From the NCBI GenBank assembly GCA_031365825.1, contig JANLYV010000162.1, positions 1-55,023 on the forward strand: DNA of 55,023 nucleotides, written 5' to 3'. Positions 1 to 9,006 of this stretch are shown here, in pieces. This DNA is from Rubrivivax sp. GTDB taxonomy: Bacteria > Pseudomonadota > Gammaproteobacteria > Burkholderiales > Burkholderiaceae_C. The notes beneath the pieces are model-generated. The model was not told where the DNA came from, ran no database searches, and was given only the letters and a program-made list of their open reading frames with translations. The translations under genes were made by a program, and so were the position numbers. How positions within the stretch are numbered: position 1 is the stretch's first letter; each line of letters starts with the position of its first letter.

Positions 1-1284
1 TGAATGCGCCATCTGCACGATGGCCATGGCGATGGCGCGGGCGTCGGCGCTGCTGTGCAGGTCGCTGACGAAGGCGCGGTCGATCTTCAGCTCTTCGGCC
101 GGCAGGCGGCGCAGCGACGCCAGGCTTGAATAGCCGGTGCCGAAGTCATCAATCGAGACATGCACGCCCGATTGGCGCAAACGCTCGAAGGTGCGCTGCG
201 TCACCTGGGTGTCTTCCATCGCCACCGACTCGGTGATCTCGCAGGTAAAGCGTGATGGCGCGATGCGGTGGCGCGCCAGCGCTGCGTCGATGCGGTCGAC
301 CAAGTCGTCTTGACGCACCTGGTAGGCCGACAGGTTCACCGCGACGCGCATGCGCAGCCCGTTCTCGCGCCATTGCGCGGCCTGGCGGCAGGCCTCTTCG
401 ATGACCCAGTTGCCGATGCTCGGGATGAGGCCGTGGCGTTCGGCCACGGGGATGAACACGGTCGGGCTGACGACGCCGCGCGTCGGGTGGTTCCAGCGCA
501 GCAGCGCTTCGGCGCCGGTGATCTGCAGGCTGGCCGCGTCGAGTTTGGGCTGGTAGACGAGTTCGAGCTGCCGCGCCTGAACCGCCAGGCGCAGGTCATT
601 GCGCAAGGCCATCTGGTCGCGATGGTCTACGGCCATGGCGGGGGCGAAGGTGGCGAAGGCGCCCCCGCCGGCGGCCTTGGCCGTGGCCATGGCCAGGCAG
701 GCGGCGGGAAACAGCTGCGCGCCTGGGCCGTGGCAAGGGTAGCTGGCTATGCCGATCGAGCCGGTGAGTGCCAGTTCCTGGCTGCCCAGCGTCATCGGCC
801 GCGCCAGCAGCTCCAGCAATTGCACCGCCAGGTGTCGGGCAGGGTCCAGGTCGCCGTCGCACAGCAGCACGAATTCGTCGCCGGCGATGCGCGCCAGCGC
901 TCGCTGGCCGCAGGCGACGTCCAGGCGATCGGCCATGACGCGCAGCACCTGGTCGCCGGCCTCGTGGCCGAGGCTGTCGTTGACCCCACGAAAGCCATCC
1001 AGGCCGATGCACAAGACGGCCAGCGGCGTCTGCTTCTCGTCGCTGCGCTGCACCGCGAGTTCGAGCGCGAGTTCGAATTCGGTGCGGGTGAGCAAGCCCG
1101 TGAGCGCATCGCGCGCCTGCAGCTGGCCGATCTCGGTGTTGGCGGCGGCCAGTCGGTCGCGCAGCCGCAGGCCTTGCCGATATTTCAGCGCGTACAGCGC
1201 CAGCGCCGCGGTCAATGCGGTGGCCAGCAACAACAAGGCGGCCAGCGTGGCTGGCGCTGCCAGCAGGCTGGCGAGGAAGTCCAT
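1..1284 (-). CDS. Membrane-anchored GGDEF(degenerate)-EAL c-di-GMP signalling protein, 3' end runs off the window
   Basis: Manual translation from ATG at 1284 (not in the ORF track because it is open at the edge): N-terminal hydrophobic helix, RDALTGLL, GVNDSLGHEAGDQVL, RIAGDEF, then LVYQPK, GAEALLRW, EITES, SIDDFGTGYSSL, LKIDRAFV. Confidence 0.92.
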   Translation of the reverse strand, partial: MDFLASLLAAPATLAALLLLATALTAALALYALKYRQGLRLRDRLAAANTEIGQLQARDALTGLLTRTEFELALELAVQRSDEKQTPLAVLCIGLDGFRGVNDSLGHEAGDQVLRVMADRLDVACGQRALARIAGDEFVLLCDGDLDPARHLAVQLLELLARPMTLGSQELALTGSIGIASYPCHGPGAQLFPAACLAMATAKAAGGGAFATFAPAMAVDHRDQMALRNDLRLAVQARQLELVYQPKLDAASLQITGAEALLRWNHPTRGVVSPTVFIPVAERHGLIPSIGNWVIEEACRQAAQWRENGLRMRVAVNLSAYQVRQDDLVDRIDAALARHRIAPSRFTCEITESVAMEDTQVTQRTFERLRQSGVHVSIDDFGTGYSSLASLRRLPAEELKIDRAFVSDLHSSADARAIAMAIVQMAHS

Positions 1285-1291
1285 GCGCGCT

Positions 1292-1319
1292 GTATCGGCA
1301 GGTTGGCCGGGCAGCTTGA
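1292..1319 (-). promoter_or_regulatory. Putative sigma28 (FliA)-type promoter
   Basis: Minus strand TCAAG-N15-GCCGATAC, 7 nt before the ATG of the GGDEF-EAL gene; spacer about 1 nt longer than canonical. Confidence 0.55.
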
Positions 1320-1336
1320 GCCGCCGCGCGACGTTG

Positions 1337-3661
1337 TCAGCGAGTGAAGCCGATGCTGCGCTGCTGCCGCACCTCGGGCTTGACGCGGTGCTCACCTTCC
1401 AGTTGCGCCAGGAACTCGTCGGCGTCCAGCGTCGCGGCCAGGATTTCCGCCTGCCGCTGCACCGCGGCGAAGTCGCCCGGCACGAGCTGGTCGAGGTACA
1501 TCAGCCGCTGAAGCATCTCGTCCGTCAGCCGCAGCGGCTCACCTTTGAGCGCTTCGGCCACAAACATGCGCACACGCTGTTCGCTGGTCAGCGCATGGAA
1601 GCGGATCTTGAAGGTGAAGCGCCGCAGCGCCGCTTCGTCGAGCTCGTCGAAGAGGTTGGTGGTGCAGATGAAGACACCAGCGAAGCGCTCCATGCCCTGC
1701 AACATTTCGTTGACCTCGGTGACCTCGTAGTTGCGCTCGGCGCGCTTCCTGCTGCGCAGGAAGCTGTCGGCTTCGTCCAGCAGCAACACCGCTTCTTCGC
1801 TGGTGGCTTCTTCGAACATGCGCGCCATGTTCTGCTCGGTCTCGCCGACGTACTTGCTGGCGATGTCGCTCGTCTGGCGGATCATCAGCGGGCGTTGCAA
1901 AGCCTGCGCGGTGTGCTCGGCCAGGGCCGTCTTGCCGGTGCCCGGTGCGCCGTGGAAACACAGCGTGCCATGGCCGCGGCGCTTGATGGCTTCGATGATG
2001 CGCGGCACCTCGAAACGCGACTCGACGTTGAGCAGGCTCAGGTCGTACTGCGTCACCACCGGCCGCGCGCCGCGCTCCTGGCCGGCCGTGCCCAGCGCGC
2101 GGTCGGCATTGCCGAGCTGGCGCTGGATCAAGGCTTCATAAGCCGCCGCTTCGGTGGCCTCGTCCGGCTTGGTCGCCAGCCGCGCGAAGCGCACGGCGGT
2201 GCGTATCTGCGCCGGGGTCAGGCCGCGCCGCTCGGCCAGCCTCGCGGCAAAACCTTCGCTCACCGGCGCACCTGCCAACGCCCGAGTGACGAGCCCTTCG
2301 CGCGCACCCGGTGGCGGCGATTTCAGCAGCAGGTGGTACTGGAAGCGGCGGCGAAATGCCGGGTCGATCTGCTCGATGCGGTTGGTGACCCAGATCACCG
2401 GCACCGGGTTGGTCTCCAGGATCTGGTTGACCCAGGCCTTGCCGCTGACGCTGCTGTTCATGCCGCCTGATTGCGCGTCGCTGCTGTCCAGGCGCGCGAT
2501 GATCTGCGCGGCTTCGCTCGATATCGGCGGGAACACGTCTTCGACTTCGTCGAACAGCAGCGCCACGCCGGGGCTGCCCTTCAAGAACACCTGGCTGATC
2601 TGCAGGCTGCGGTAGCGGTCGCGGCCTGACAGGCTGTTGCCGTCGCGGTCGGCGTACTCGACTTCGTACAGCTCCAGCCCGGCGGCCACGGCGCAGACCT
2701 TGGCCAGTTCGGTCTTGCCCGTGCCCGGCGGGCCGTAGAGCAGCACGTTGACGCCCGGCTCCTTGCGTTCGGCCGCGTTCCTCAGCAGCGCCGTCAGCAC
2801 CTTGGCGTCTTCGGCGACGAAGGTGAAGTCGCTCACCGCCAGCTCGGTCTTTGGCGCCGGGCGCGTGAACACCGCCATCAGGTCGCTCGGGCCGCGGTAC
2901 TCGCGCATCAGCACCGGCGGCAACTGGTCGCTGACCTTCATCAGGTCGGCCAGGTCGGTGATGTTCTGCTCGGAGATCAGGTTCTCGACCATGCCTATGC
3001 GTTCCAGCCGCGAGCCCGCGCGCAGCGCTTCGGCGACTTCACTGGCCTCGACACCGGCCACCGCGGCGAGTGCGGCATAGGCCTCTTGTGCGCTCGACAC
3101 CTTGAACTCGACCAGCAGGCCGCGCAGGTCGCGCTGGTAGCGCGCCAGCGTGCCGTACAAGAGAAGCGCGCGTTCGGCCGGGTTCAGCTGCAACAGGCCG
3201 GCGAGCGAATCGATGTTCTTTTCCACCAGCGTGGCTTCGCGCTTCAGGCGCCGCGTCAGCCAGTCGCAGGTGACGCCCAGCATGGCGAGCAGGTCCTTGG
3301 GGGTGTCCTTCACGTACTCGTCGATGTAGAAGAACAGCGTGCCTTCTTCGTAAGGGCCGCGCCACGGGCCGTGGCGTTCGATGAAGGCCTCGTCAGCCAG
3401 CGCCTCGTGCCCGCGCCACAGCGTGTTGCCCTTGCAGCGCTGTTGCAGGAAAGCGCGCACGCGCGCCAGCACGGCGGCCGGCCACACCAGGTGGCGGCCG
3501 GTAAGCGAGAGCAGGCTGTTCCAGTCGCGGCGCAGGTTGAAGCGGCCAGGTTGGCGCAGCGTAAGCGTGAGCACGAAGTGCGAGCACAGCAGGTCCAGCA
3601 CCGGGGCCTCTTTCAGGCCGGGTGCCAGCACGATGCGCTGTTCGCCAACGGTGCGCGTCAT
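1337..3661 (-). CDS. Double-domain (type II) AAA+ ATPase with an uncharacterised N-terminal region
   Basis: Two Walker A (GPPGTGKT, GAPGTGKT), two Walker B (LLFDEVE, LLLDEAD), two SRH/Arg-finger segments (IDPAFRRRF, LDEAALRRF), pore loop SKYVGE; start chosen at ATG 3661 (MTRTVGEQ). Confidence 0.9.
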   Translation of the reverse strand: MTRTVGEQRIVLAPGLKEAPVLDLLCSHFVLTLTLRQPGRFNLRRDWNSLLSLTGRHLVWPAAVLARVRAFLQQRCKGNTLWRGHEALADEAFIERHGPWRGPYEEGTLFFYIDEYVKDTPKDLLAMLGVTCDWLTRRLKREATLVEKNIDSLAGLLQLNPAERALLLYGTLARYQRDLRGLLVEFKVSSAQEAYAALAAVAGVEASEVAEALRAGSRLERIGMVENLISEQNITDLADLMKVSDQLPPVLMREYRGPSDLMAVFTRPAPKTELAVSDFTFVAEDAKVLTALLRNAAERKEPGVNVLLYGPPGTGKTELAKVCAVAAGLELYEVEYADRDGNSLSGRDRYRSLQISQVFLKGSPGVALLFDEVEDVFPPISSEAAQIIARLDSSDAQSGGMNSSVSGKAWVNQILETNPVPVIWVTNRIEQIDPAFRRRFQYHLLLKSPPPGAREGLVTRALAGAPVSEGFAARLAERRGLTPAQIRTAVRFARLATKPDEATEAAAYEALIQRQLGNADRALGTAGQERGARPVVTQYDLSLLNVESRFEVPRIIEAIKRRGHGTLCFHGAPGTGKTALAEHTAQALQRPLMIRQTSDIASKYVGETEQNMARMFEEATSEEAVLLLDEADSFLRSRKRAERNYEVTEVNEMLQGMERFAGVFICTTNLFDELDEAALRRFTFKIRFHALTSEQRVRMFVAEALKGEPLRLTDEMLQRLMYLDQLVPGDFAAVQRQAEILAATLDADEFLAQLEGEHRVKPEVRQQRSIGFTR

Positions 3662-3789
3662 GTCAGTGCGCGTGGGGGTTGTTTCATCGCGGGCCCTTCG
3701 CTTGCTCTGGATGGCGGCGATATTGGCGCAGGCAGGCCGTGGCGACAAGCCCTGCCCTGGCCCCGATGCAGCCAGGGTCTTGCGCGAGT

Positions 3790-4062
3790 TCAGTGCAGCG
3801 TCAACGGGTGTTGCGCCATCGTCGTGAAGCCGGCAATGTAGTCATCCAGCTGCTCGGGCGTGTGCTGTTGTTCGACCAGGGCTTGCACCCCGCGCTGAAA
3901 CTTCTCGGCCAGCGCGCCGACGATGAAGATTTCCTTGCGCGCGAACTTGTCGACGATCTCGTAGCCGCCCGGCTTGGGCTGGCTTTCATCGGAAGCTGTG
4001 GCCTCGGCCGCGAGATCGAAGTGCACGACGACGTAGCTGTCCGAGTTGTAGAGCATTTGCAT
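3790..4062 (-). CDS. DUF3567 / BTH_I0359-like small protein
   Basis: MQMLYNSDSYVVV..GGYEIVDKFARKEIFI..LDDYI pattern; AAGGAG SD at 4071-4076. Confidence 0.8.
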   Translation of the reverse strand: MQMLYNSDSYVVVHFDLAAEATASDESQPKPGGYEIVDKFARKEIFIVGALAEKFQRGVQALVEQQHTPEQLDDYIAGFTTMAQHPLTLH

Positions 4063-4083
4063 GGCGAGGACTCCTTGCCTCGC

Positions 4084-4112
4084 TACATCGGTGCGCCGCT
4101 GCGGAAATCAAG
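4084..4112 (-). promoter_or_regulatory. Possible sigma32 (RpoH)-like promoter
   Basis: Minus strand CTTGAT-N14-ACCGATGTA compared with consensus CTTGAA-N13-17-CCCCATnTA. Confidence 0.35.
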
Positions 4113-5139
4113 GTGTGAGCCGACTCAGCTGCTTGAGCACGAAATCGTTGGCATCGCCGGTCTGCGCTGTGGCCAGGCGCATGCGCAGCGGCAGATGGTG
4201 CTGCGCCGGGTCGAGCCAGACCTCCACGCGTGTGTCGTAAGGCCGGCGCGGTTCACGCAGCAGGTGCAGCGTGCGTTCGATGTGGCCCGCGGGCAGCTCG
4301 AGCGCTTCATGGCCCTGCACGGTGAAGACCCACACGTCGGCGTCCCCTCGTGCGGTCACGACGAAGACAGGAATCTGCGTGCCCGCCACAAACACTTCGG
4401 GCGCGGCGTCGACGATGGCCGGCAGTTGCAGCATCCACGACAGCCGGTCTTGCGCGCCGGCGATCAGCGCGAACTCGCGCGTCGACGACGAGAAACTGAT
4501 GCGTTCCTTGTCGCGCTGAAAGTTGGCGGCGCGCACGTCTCGGCTGCGACGGCGGTCGACGAAACGTTCGGGCGCGATGCCGGCCGCGTCGAAGCCCCCC
4601 TGGCTGGCCCAGGCCAGGAACGGCAGGCCGAGTGCCGTGGCCTGCATCGACAAGGTGTAGCCGTCTGCACGCGGCCGCCACAGCAAGGTGGCATCACCGC
4701 TCAAGCCGCCACGGCGCAGCTCGTAGGCCAGCGCCACCGAAGGCGCCAAGCGTGTGGCGAAGATTGGCACCTGCTGGCCGCCGTCTTCCTGTGCCGCAGC
4801 GGGGGCTGGCAGCGCGGCTTCTGGCGCTGTGTCGGCATCGCGCGCCGGCGCGGACACCTGGCGCGCCGCCGCACGCGTGGCCGACGCGCGTGGCGCCGGC
4901 AGCGCAAGCGGCGCCACGGCGGGCGCAGGCGGCGCCACCATCGGCCCGGCCACCAACAGACGCGTCGACATCACCGGCGGCGCGCGCTCACGCACCCCGC
5001 CGCCCCAGCCATCACCCACACCCCAGGGCAAGGCGCGCAGCACGAGCAGGTGCAGCAGCAGCGCCAGCAGCAGCACGGCGACGAATCCGCGCCAGCGTGC
5101 GCTGCCGTGCCGCGCGGAGAAATCATGGGCAAGGCTCAC
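4108..5139 (-). CDS. DUF3108-family protein with an N-terminal TM helix and Pro/Ala-rich linker
   Basis: TM segment, low-complexity linker, then SQGGFDAAGIAPERF, AQDRLSWMLQL, VEVWLDPAQHHLPLRMRL; GTG start at 5139 uncertain. Confidence 0.75.
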   Translation of the reverse strand: MSLAHDFSARHGSARWRGFVAVLLLALLLHLLVLRALPWGVGDGWGGGVRERAPPVMSTRLLVAGPMVAPPAPAVAPLALPAPRASATRAAARQVSAPARDADTAPEAALPAPAAAQEDGGQQVPIFATRLAPSVALAYELRRGGLSGDATLLWRPRADGYTLSMQATALGLPFLAWASQGGFDAAGIAPERFVDRRRSRDVRAANFQRDKERISFSSSTREFALIAGAQDRLSWMLQLPAIVDAAPEVFVAGTQIPVFVVTARGDADVWVFTVQGHEALELPAGHIERTLHLLREPRRPYDTRVEVWLDPAQHHLPLRMRLATAQTGDANDFVLKQLSRLTP

Positions 5140-5176
5140 CCCACAATACTGCCACCTCGCCCGCATCGTGCCCGCC

Positions 5177-6157
5177 ATGAAACTCGCCACCCTGCAAGAC
5201 GGCTCGCGCGACGGCCAACTGGTCGTCGTCGCGCGTGACCTCGCCACCGCCCATTTCGCCAGCGGCATCGCCACGCGATTGCAGCAGGTGCTCGACGACT
5301 GGAATTACCTCAGCCCGCAGCTCGAAGACCTGTACGCCACGCTCAACGGCGGCAAGGCGCGGCATGCCTTTGCCTTCGACGCCAAACAGTGCATGGCGCC
5401 GCTGCCGCGCGCCTACCAATGGGCCGATGGCTCGGCCTACCTGAACCACGTCGAGCTCGTGCGCCGCGCCCGCGGCGCCACCGTGCCCGAGAGTTTTTAC
5501 GTCGATCCGCTGATGTACCAGGGCGGCAGCGACGACCTGCTCGGGGCTATGCAGGACGCGCCCTTCGCCGACGAAGCCTGGGGCATCGACTTCGAGGCCG
5601 AGGTCGCGGTGGTCACCGCCGACGTGGCGCAAGGCACGAGTGCCGAGCAGGCGCTGGAATCGGTGCGCCTCTTGATGCTCGCCAACGACTGGAGCCTGCG
5701 CAACTTGATCCCGGGCGAGCTGGCCAAGGGCTTCGGTTTCCTGCAGGCCAAACCTGCCACCGCTTTCAGCCCGGTGGCGGTGACGCCCGATGAGCTTGGC
5801 GCCGCCTGGCGCGGCGGGCGCGTGCACTTGACGCTCAACAGCCACTGGAACGGCCGCAACGTCGGCCGCTGCGAGGCCGGGCCGGAGATGACGTTTCACT
5901 TCGGCCAGCTCATCGCGCATGTGGCCAGGACTCGGCGGCTGCGTGCCGGCTCGATCGTCGGCTCGGGCACCGTGAGCAACAAGGACTGGAGCCATGGCTG
6001 GAGCTGTGTCGCCGAAGTGCGCGCCATCGAGACCATCGAACATGGCGCGCCGAAGACCGAATTCATGAAGTTCGGCGACAGCATCCGCATCGAGATGATG
6101 GGGGCCGACGGCGCCAGCCTCTTCGGTGCGATCGAGCAGCGTGTGGTGCGGGTGTGA
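5177..6157 (+). CDS. Fumarylacetoacetate hydrolase family protein
   Basis: MKLATLQDGSRDGQL, YQWADGSAY, GIDFEAEVAV, LANDWSLRNL, GSGTVSN. Confidence 0.9.
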   Translation: MKLATLQDGSRDGQLVVVARDLATAHFASGIATRLQQVLDDWNYLSPQLEDLYATLNGGKARHAFAFDAKQCMAPLPRAYQWADGSAYLNHVELVRRARGATVPESFYVDPLMYQGGSDDLLGAMQDAPFADEAWGIDFEAEVAVVTADVAQGTSAEQALESVRLLMLANDWSLRNLIPGELAKGFGFLQAKPATAFSPVAVTPDELGAAWRGGRVHLTLNSHWNGRNVGRCEAGPEMTFHFGQLIAHVARTRRLRAGSIVGSGTVSNKDWSHGWSCVAEVRAIETIEHGAPKTEFMKFGDSIRIEMMGADGASLFGAIEQRVVRV

Positions 6158-6164
6158 TGGCTGC

Positions 6165-7115
6165 ATGAGCCACTGGTGGTGGCGCCTCGCGCCGGCCCTG
6201 GCCTTGTGCTTTTGCCTCGGCGCCGCAGCGCAAACCGCGGCTGACTGCCCGCCAGACGCGCCCGACGAAGCCAGTGCGCCCGCGCCCGACGGCCGCAACC
6301 GCGGGCTGCTGTGGCGCGCCACGCGCAACGGTCGCGCCTCCTACCTCTACGCCACGCTGCACCTGGGCCAGGCAAGCTGGCGCCTGCCCGGGCCGGCGGT
6401 GCAAGAGGCGCTGCGCGAAAGCGACGTGCTGGCCATTGAGCTCGACATCAGCGACCCCGAGGTGCTGCGCGAATGGATGCTGGCGATGGCCGAGCCGTCG
6501 CGCCAGCCGCCCGAGCTGCCGGCGCCGCTGCGCGAGCGCCTGGCCGCACTGTCGCGCCTGGCCTGCGTGAACGAAGACGCCATCGCCGGCACCCACCCCT
6601 TGATGCAGGCCATGACCTTGTCGGTGCTGGAAAGCCGGCGCGAGCAGCTGCACCCGGTCTACGGCGTGGAGCTGGCGCTGAAGCAGCTGGCCGTGGCTAA
6701 CGCTCAAGCTGTGCTCTCAATGGAAACACCGGCACAGCAGCTCGCCGCGATGCTGCCCGCGCCGGGCGAGGACATGCTGCCGGGCCTGGAACGCACGCTG
6801 CGACAGCTTGAACAGGGCCGCGCCCGCGCGCTGGTGCGGCGCCTGACCGACGCCTGGGAGCGCGGCGACCTGAACACCCTCAACACCTACGCACGCTGGT
6901 GCGAATGTGTGGTCGATGCGCAAGACCGGCGCACCATGGCCCGCCTCATCGACCAGCGCAACCTGCGTCTGGCCGCGCGCATCGAGCAGCTGCATCGCCA
7001 GCCGCTGAAGGTCTTCGCTGCCGTCGGCGCGCTGCACATGACCGGCCCCCAGGCGCTGCCGCAGCTGCTGCGCCAGCGCGGCTTTCGCGTCGAGCGTGTA
7101 CCGCTGCCGCCGTGA
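6165..7115 (+). CDS. TraB/GumN family secreted protein
   Basis: Signal peptide, LLWRA..SYLYATLH, SMETPAQQL, RN, FAAVGALHM..L..LL..RGF.V. Confidence 0.85.
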   Translation: MSHWWWRLAPALALCFCLGAAAQTAADCPPDAPDEASAPAPDGRNRGLLWRATRNGRASYLYATLHLGQASWRLPGPAVQEALRESDVLAIELDISDPEVLREWMLAMAEPSRQPPELPAPLRERLAALSRLACVNEDAIAGTHPLMQAMTLSVLESRREQLHPVYGVELALKQLAVANAQAVLSMETPAQQLAAMLPAPGEDMLPGLERTLRQLEQGRARALVRRLTDAWERGDLNTLNTYARWCECVVDAQDRRTMARLIDQRNLRLAARIEQLHRQPLKVFAAVGALHMTGPQALPQLLRQRGFRVERVPLPP

Positions 7116-7181
7116 CCGGCGGCGTCGCACAATCGGCCGCAGACAACTGCCCATCACACCCCAAACATCGAGGAGACGACC

Positions 7182-7781
7182 ATGCCCGGCCCAACTGACT
7201 TTGCCAAGCTCGTTCCCGGTTTCGATTTCCTGCAAGGCCTGATGAAAAACGCGGGGCAGGCGTTGCCCAATGGCCTACCCAACCCCCTGCCCAGCATCAA
7301 CCAGTGGATTGCGCCGACGCTCGACCCCGAAGAGCTGGGAAAGCGCATCGAGCAGTTGCGCGCGGTGCAGTTCTGGCTTGAACAAAACGCCAAGCTGCTG
7401 GCGGCGACGATCCAGGCGCTGGAGGTGCAGCGCATGACGCTGGCCACGCTGAAGACCATGAACATGCCGATGGACCGTATGCGGGACGCCTTCAAGCTCG
7501 CGCCACAAACCGACGCCGCCGCCGTCGAGCCCGAACCGCCCGTGGCGAAGAGGGCCGGCGCACCCGCGCCGCGCAAAGCCGCCGCAGCCAAGCCTGCGGT
7601 CACGCCCGCGGTCGACCCGATGCAATGGTGGGGCGCGCTGACGCAACAGTTCACCGAACTCGCCAGCCACGCGCTGAAAGACAGCAGCGGTGAAGCCGCC
7701 AAAGCCCTGGCCAGCCAGGCGTTCAAGGCCGCGACATCGTTGCCAGCCAAAGTCGTGGGCGCAAAGAAGGCACGACGCTGA
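7182..7781 (+). CDS. phaM: PhaM-family PHA granule/nucleoid-associated protein
   Basis: PTLDPEELGKRIEQLRAVQFWLEQN..TIQALEVQRMTLATL, QWWGAL, Ala/Lys-rich basic tail; GAGGAG SD. Confidence 0.75.
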   Translation: MPGPTDFAKLVPGFDFLQGLMKNAGQALPNGLPNPLPSINQWIAPTLDPEELGKRIEQLRAVQFWLEQNAKLLAATIQALEVQRMTLATLKTMNMPMDRMRDAFKLAPQTDAAAVEPEPPVAKRAGAPAPRKAAAAKPAVTPAVDPMQWWGALTQQFTELASHALKDSSGEAAKALASQAFKAATSLPAKVVGAKKARR

Positions 7782-7813
7782 AGCCGCCCCGCAAAGCGTC
7801 ACGCCAGGCGACG

Positions 7814-8992
7814 ATGTCCAGCTTCACCGTCGGCCACGCCACCCACCCCGACGCCGCCACGGCGCTGGCGCTGGCGGCCGCGCAGATCGACGCGGCGCTG
7901 GCCGCGGGCGGCACCGCGGCACGCCAGGCGCTGACACTTGGCTTCGTCTACCTCACCGACCACTTCGCCGGCGCGGCAGCGTCCGTGCTGGCCGAGTTGC
8001 AGGCGCGCTGGCCGGGCGTGGCCTGGGTCGGAACGGTGGGCGTGGGTGTGAGTGCCACGGGCGTCGAATACTTCGGCGAACCCGGCCTGGCACTGATGCT
8101 GGCACCGCTGCCGTCATCGTCGTTCGAAGTTTTCTCCGGGGCGCGGCCTTTGGCGCGCGTGGCGCCGTACACCGCGCTGGTGCACGCCGACCCGGCCACG
8201 CCCGACATCGACGAGCTCATCGCCGAGATGAGCCGGCGCACGCTCACCGGCTACCTCTTCGGCGGCCTGGCCTCGTCGCGTGGCACCACCGTGCACATCG
8301 CCGACGAAGTGCTGCGCGGCGGCTTGTCGGGTGTCGCCTTCAGCAAGGAAGTGACGCTTATTTCGCGCGTTAGCCAGGGCTGTCAGCCGATCGGCGCCAC
8401 GCGCCTGGTGACACGCGCCGAGCGCAACGTGGTGATCGAACTCGACGGCAAGAGTGCGCTGCCGCTGCTGTTGGCCGACCTCCAGATCGCCAGCCTCGAC
8501 AACCCACGCGAAGTCATGCCGCGGCTGCAAGCCACACTGGTCGGCCTGTCCAGCGCCAGCGAGCCGTTTGATGGTGAACGGCGCAGCGCGCGCGCCGGCC
8601 AGTTCGGCCCCGACACGCGCGTGCGCCACCTCATCGGCCTGGACCCGGCTCGCCAGGCCGTGGCCGTGGGCGACATGGTCGAGCCCGGCATGCAGCTGGC
8701 GTTCTGCACACGCGACGCACAAGCCGCGCGGCGCGACCTGGTGCGCATCTGCGCCGAAATCCGCGACGAGGTCGAGTCGGCACTGGAGCCGCGGCGCATG
8801 GCCGGTGCCATCTACGTCAGCTGCAGCGGGCGCGGCGGCGCGCATTTCGGCGGCGACTCGGCCGAGCTGCAGATCGTGCAGCACGCGCTCGGCGAGGTGC
8901 CGTTGGTGGGTTTTTTTGCTGCCGGCGAAATTGCACGCCATCACCTCTACGGCTACACCGGTGTGTTGACGGTGTTCACCGCGCCTGCCTGA
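7814..8992 (+). CDS. FIST-domain (FIST_N + FIST_C) sensory protein
   Basis: LFGGLASS, VSQGCQPIG, ELDG, YVSCSGRG, LVGFFAAGEI..LYGYTGV. Confidence 0.88.
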   Translation: MSSFTVGHATHPDAATALALAAAQIDAALAAGGTAARQALTLGFVYLTDHFAGAAASVLAELQARWPGVAWVGTVGVGVSATGVEYFGEPGLALMLAPLPSSSFEVFSGARPLARVAPYTALVHADPATPDIDELIAEMSRRTLTGYLFGGLASSRGTTVHIADEVLRGGLSGVAFSKEVTLISRVSQGCQPIGATRLVTRAERNVVIELDGKSALPLLLADLQIASLDNPREVMPRLQATLVGLSSASEPFDGERRSARAGQFGPDTRVRHLIGLDPARQAVAVGDMVEPGMQLAFCTRDAQAARRDLVRICAEIRDEVESALEPRRMAGAIYVSCSGRGGAHFGGDSAELQIVQHALGEVPLVGFFAAGEIARHHLYGYTGVLTVFTAPA

Positions 8993-9006
8993 AAGTCCGA
9001 GATCGC

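Noticed and set aside
268-2470. Long plus-strand ORFs (359 aa, 573 aa) and the many similar antisense or alternate-frame ORFs across the window (e.g. 31130-33169, 46810-48555, 51100-52713)
   Set aside because: Shadow ORFs of real genes in high-GC DNA; no recognisable motifs and fully overlapped by well-supported CDSs.
1337-3661. AAA ATPase as an anti-phage defence component
   Set aside because: No partner protease or nuclease, host-like codon usage, and no defence-island or mobile context.
3742-3778. CGACAAGCCCTG resemblance to the 18.7-kb repeat (also GGGCTTGTCGAA near 29562) and a CCCTGGC/GCCAGGG stem
   Set aside because: Matches are too short and lack the GCTCAG half; the stem has no U-tract, so it is not called as a terminator.
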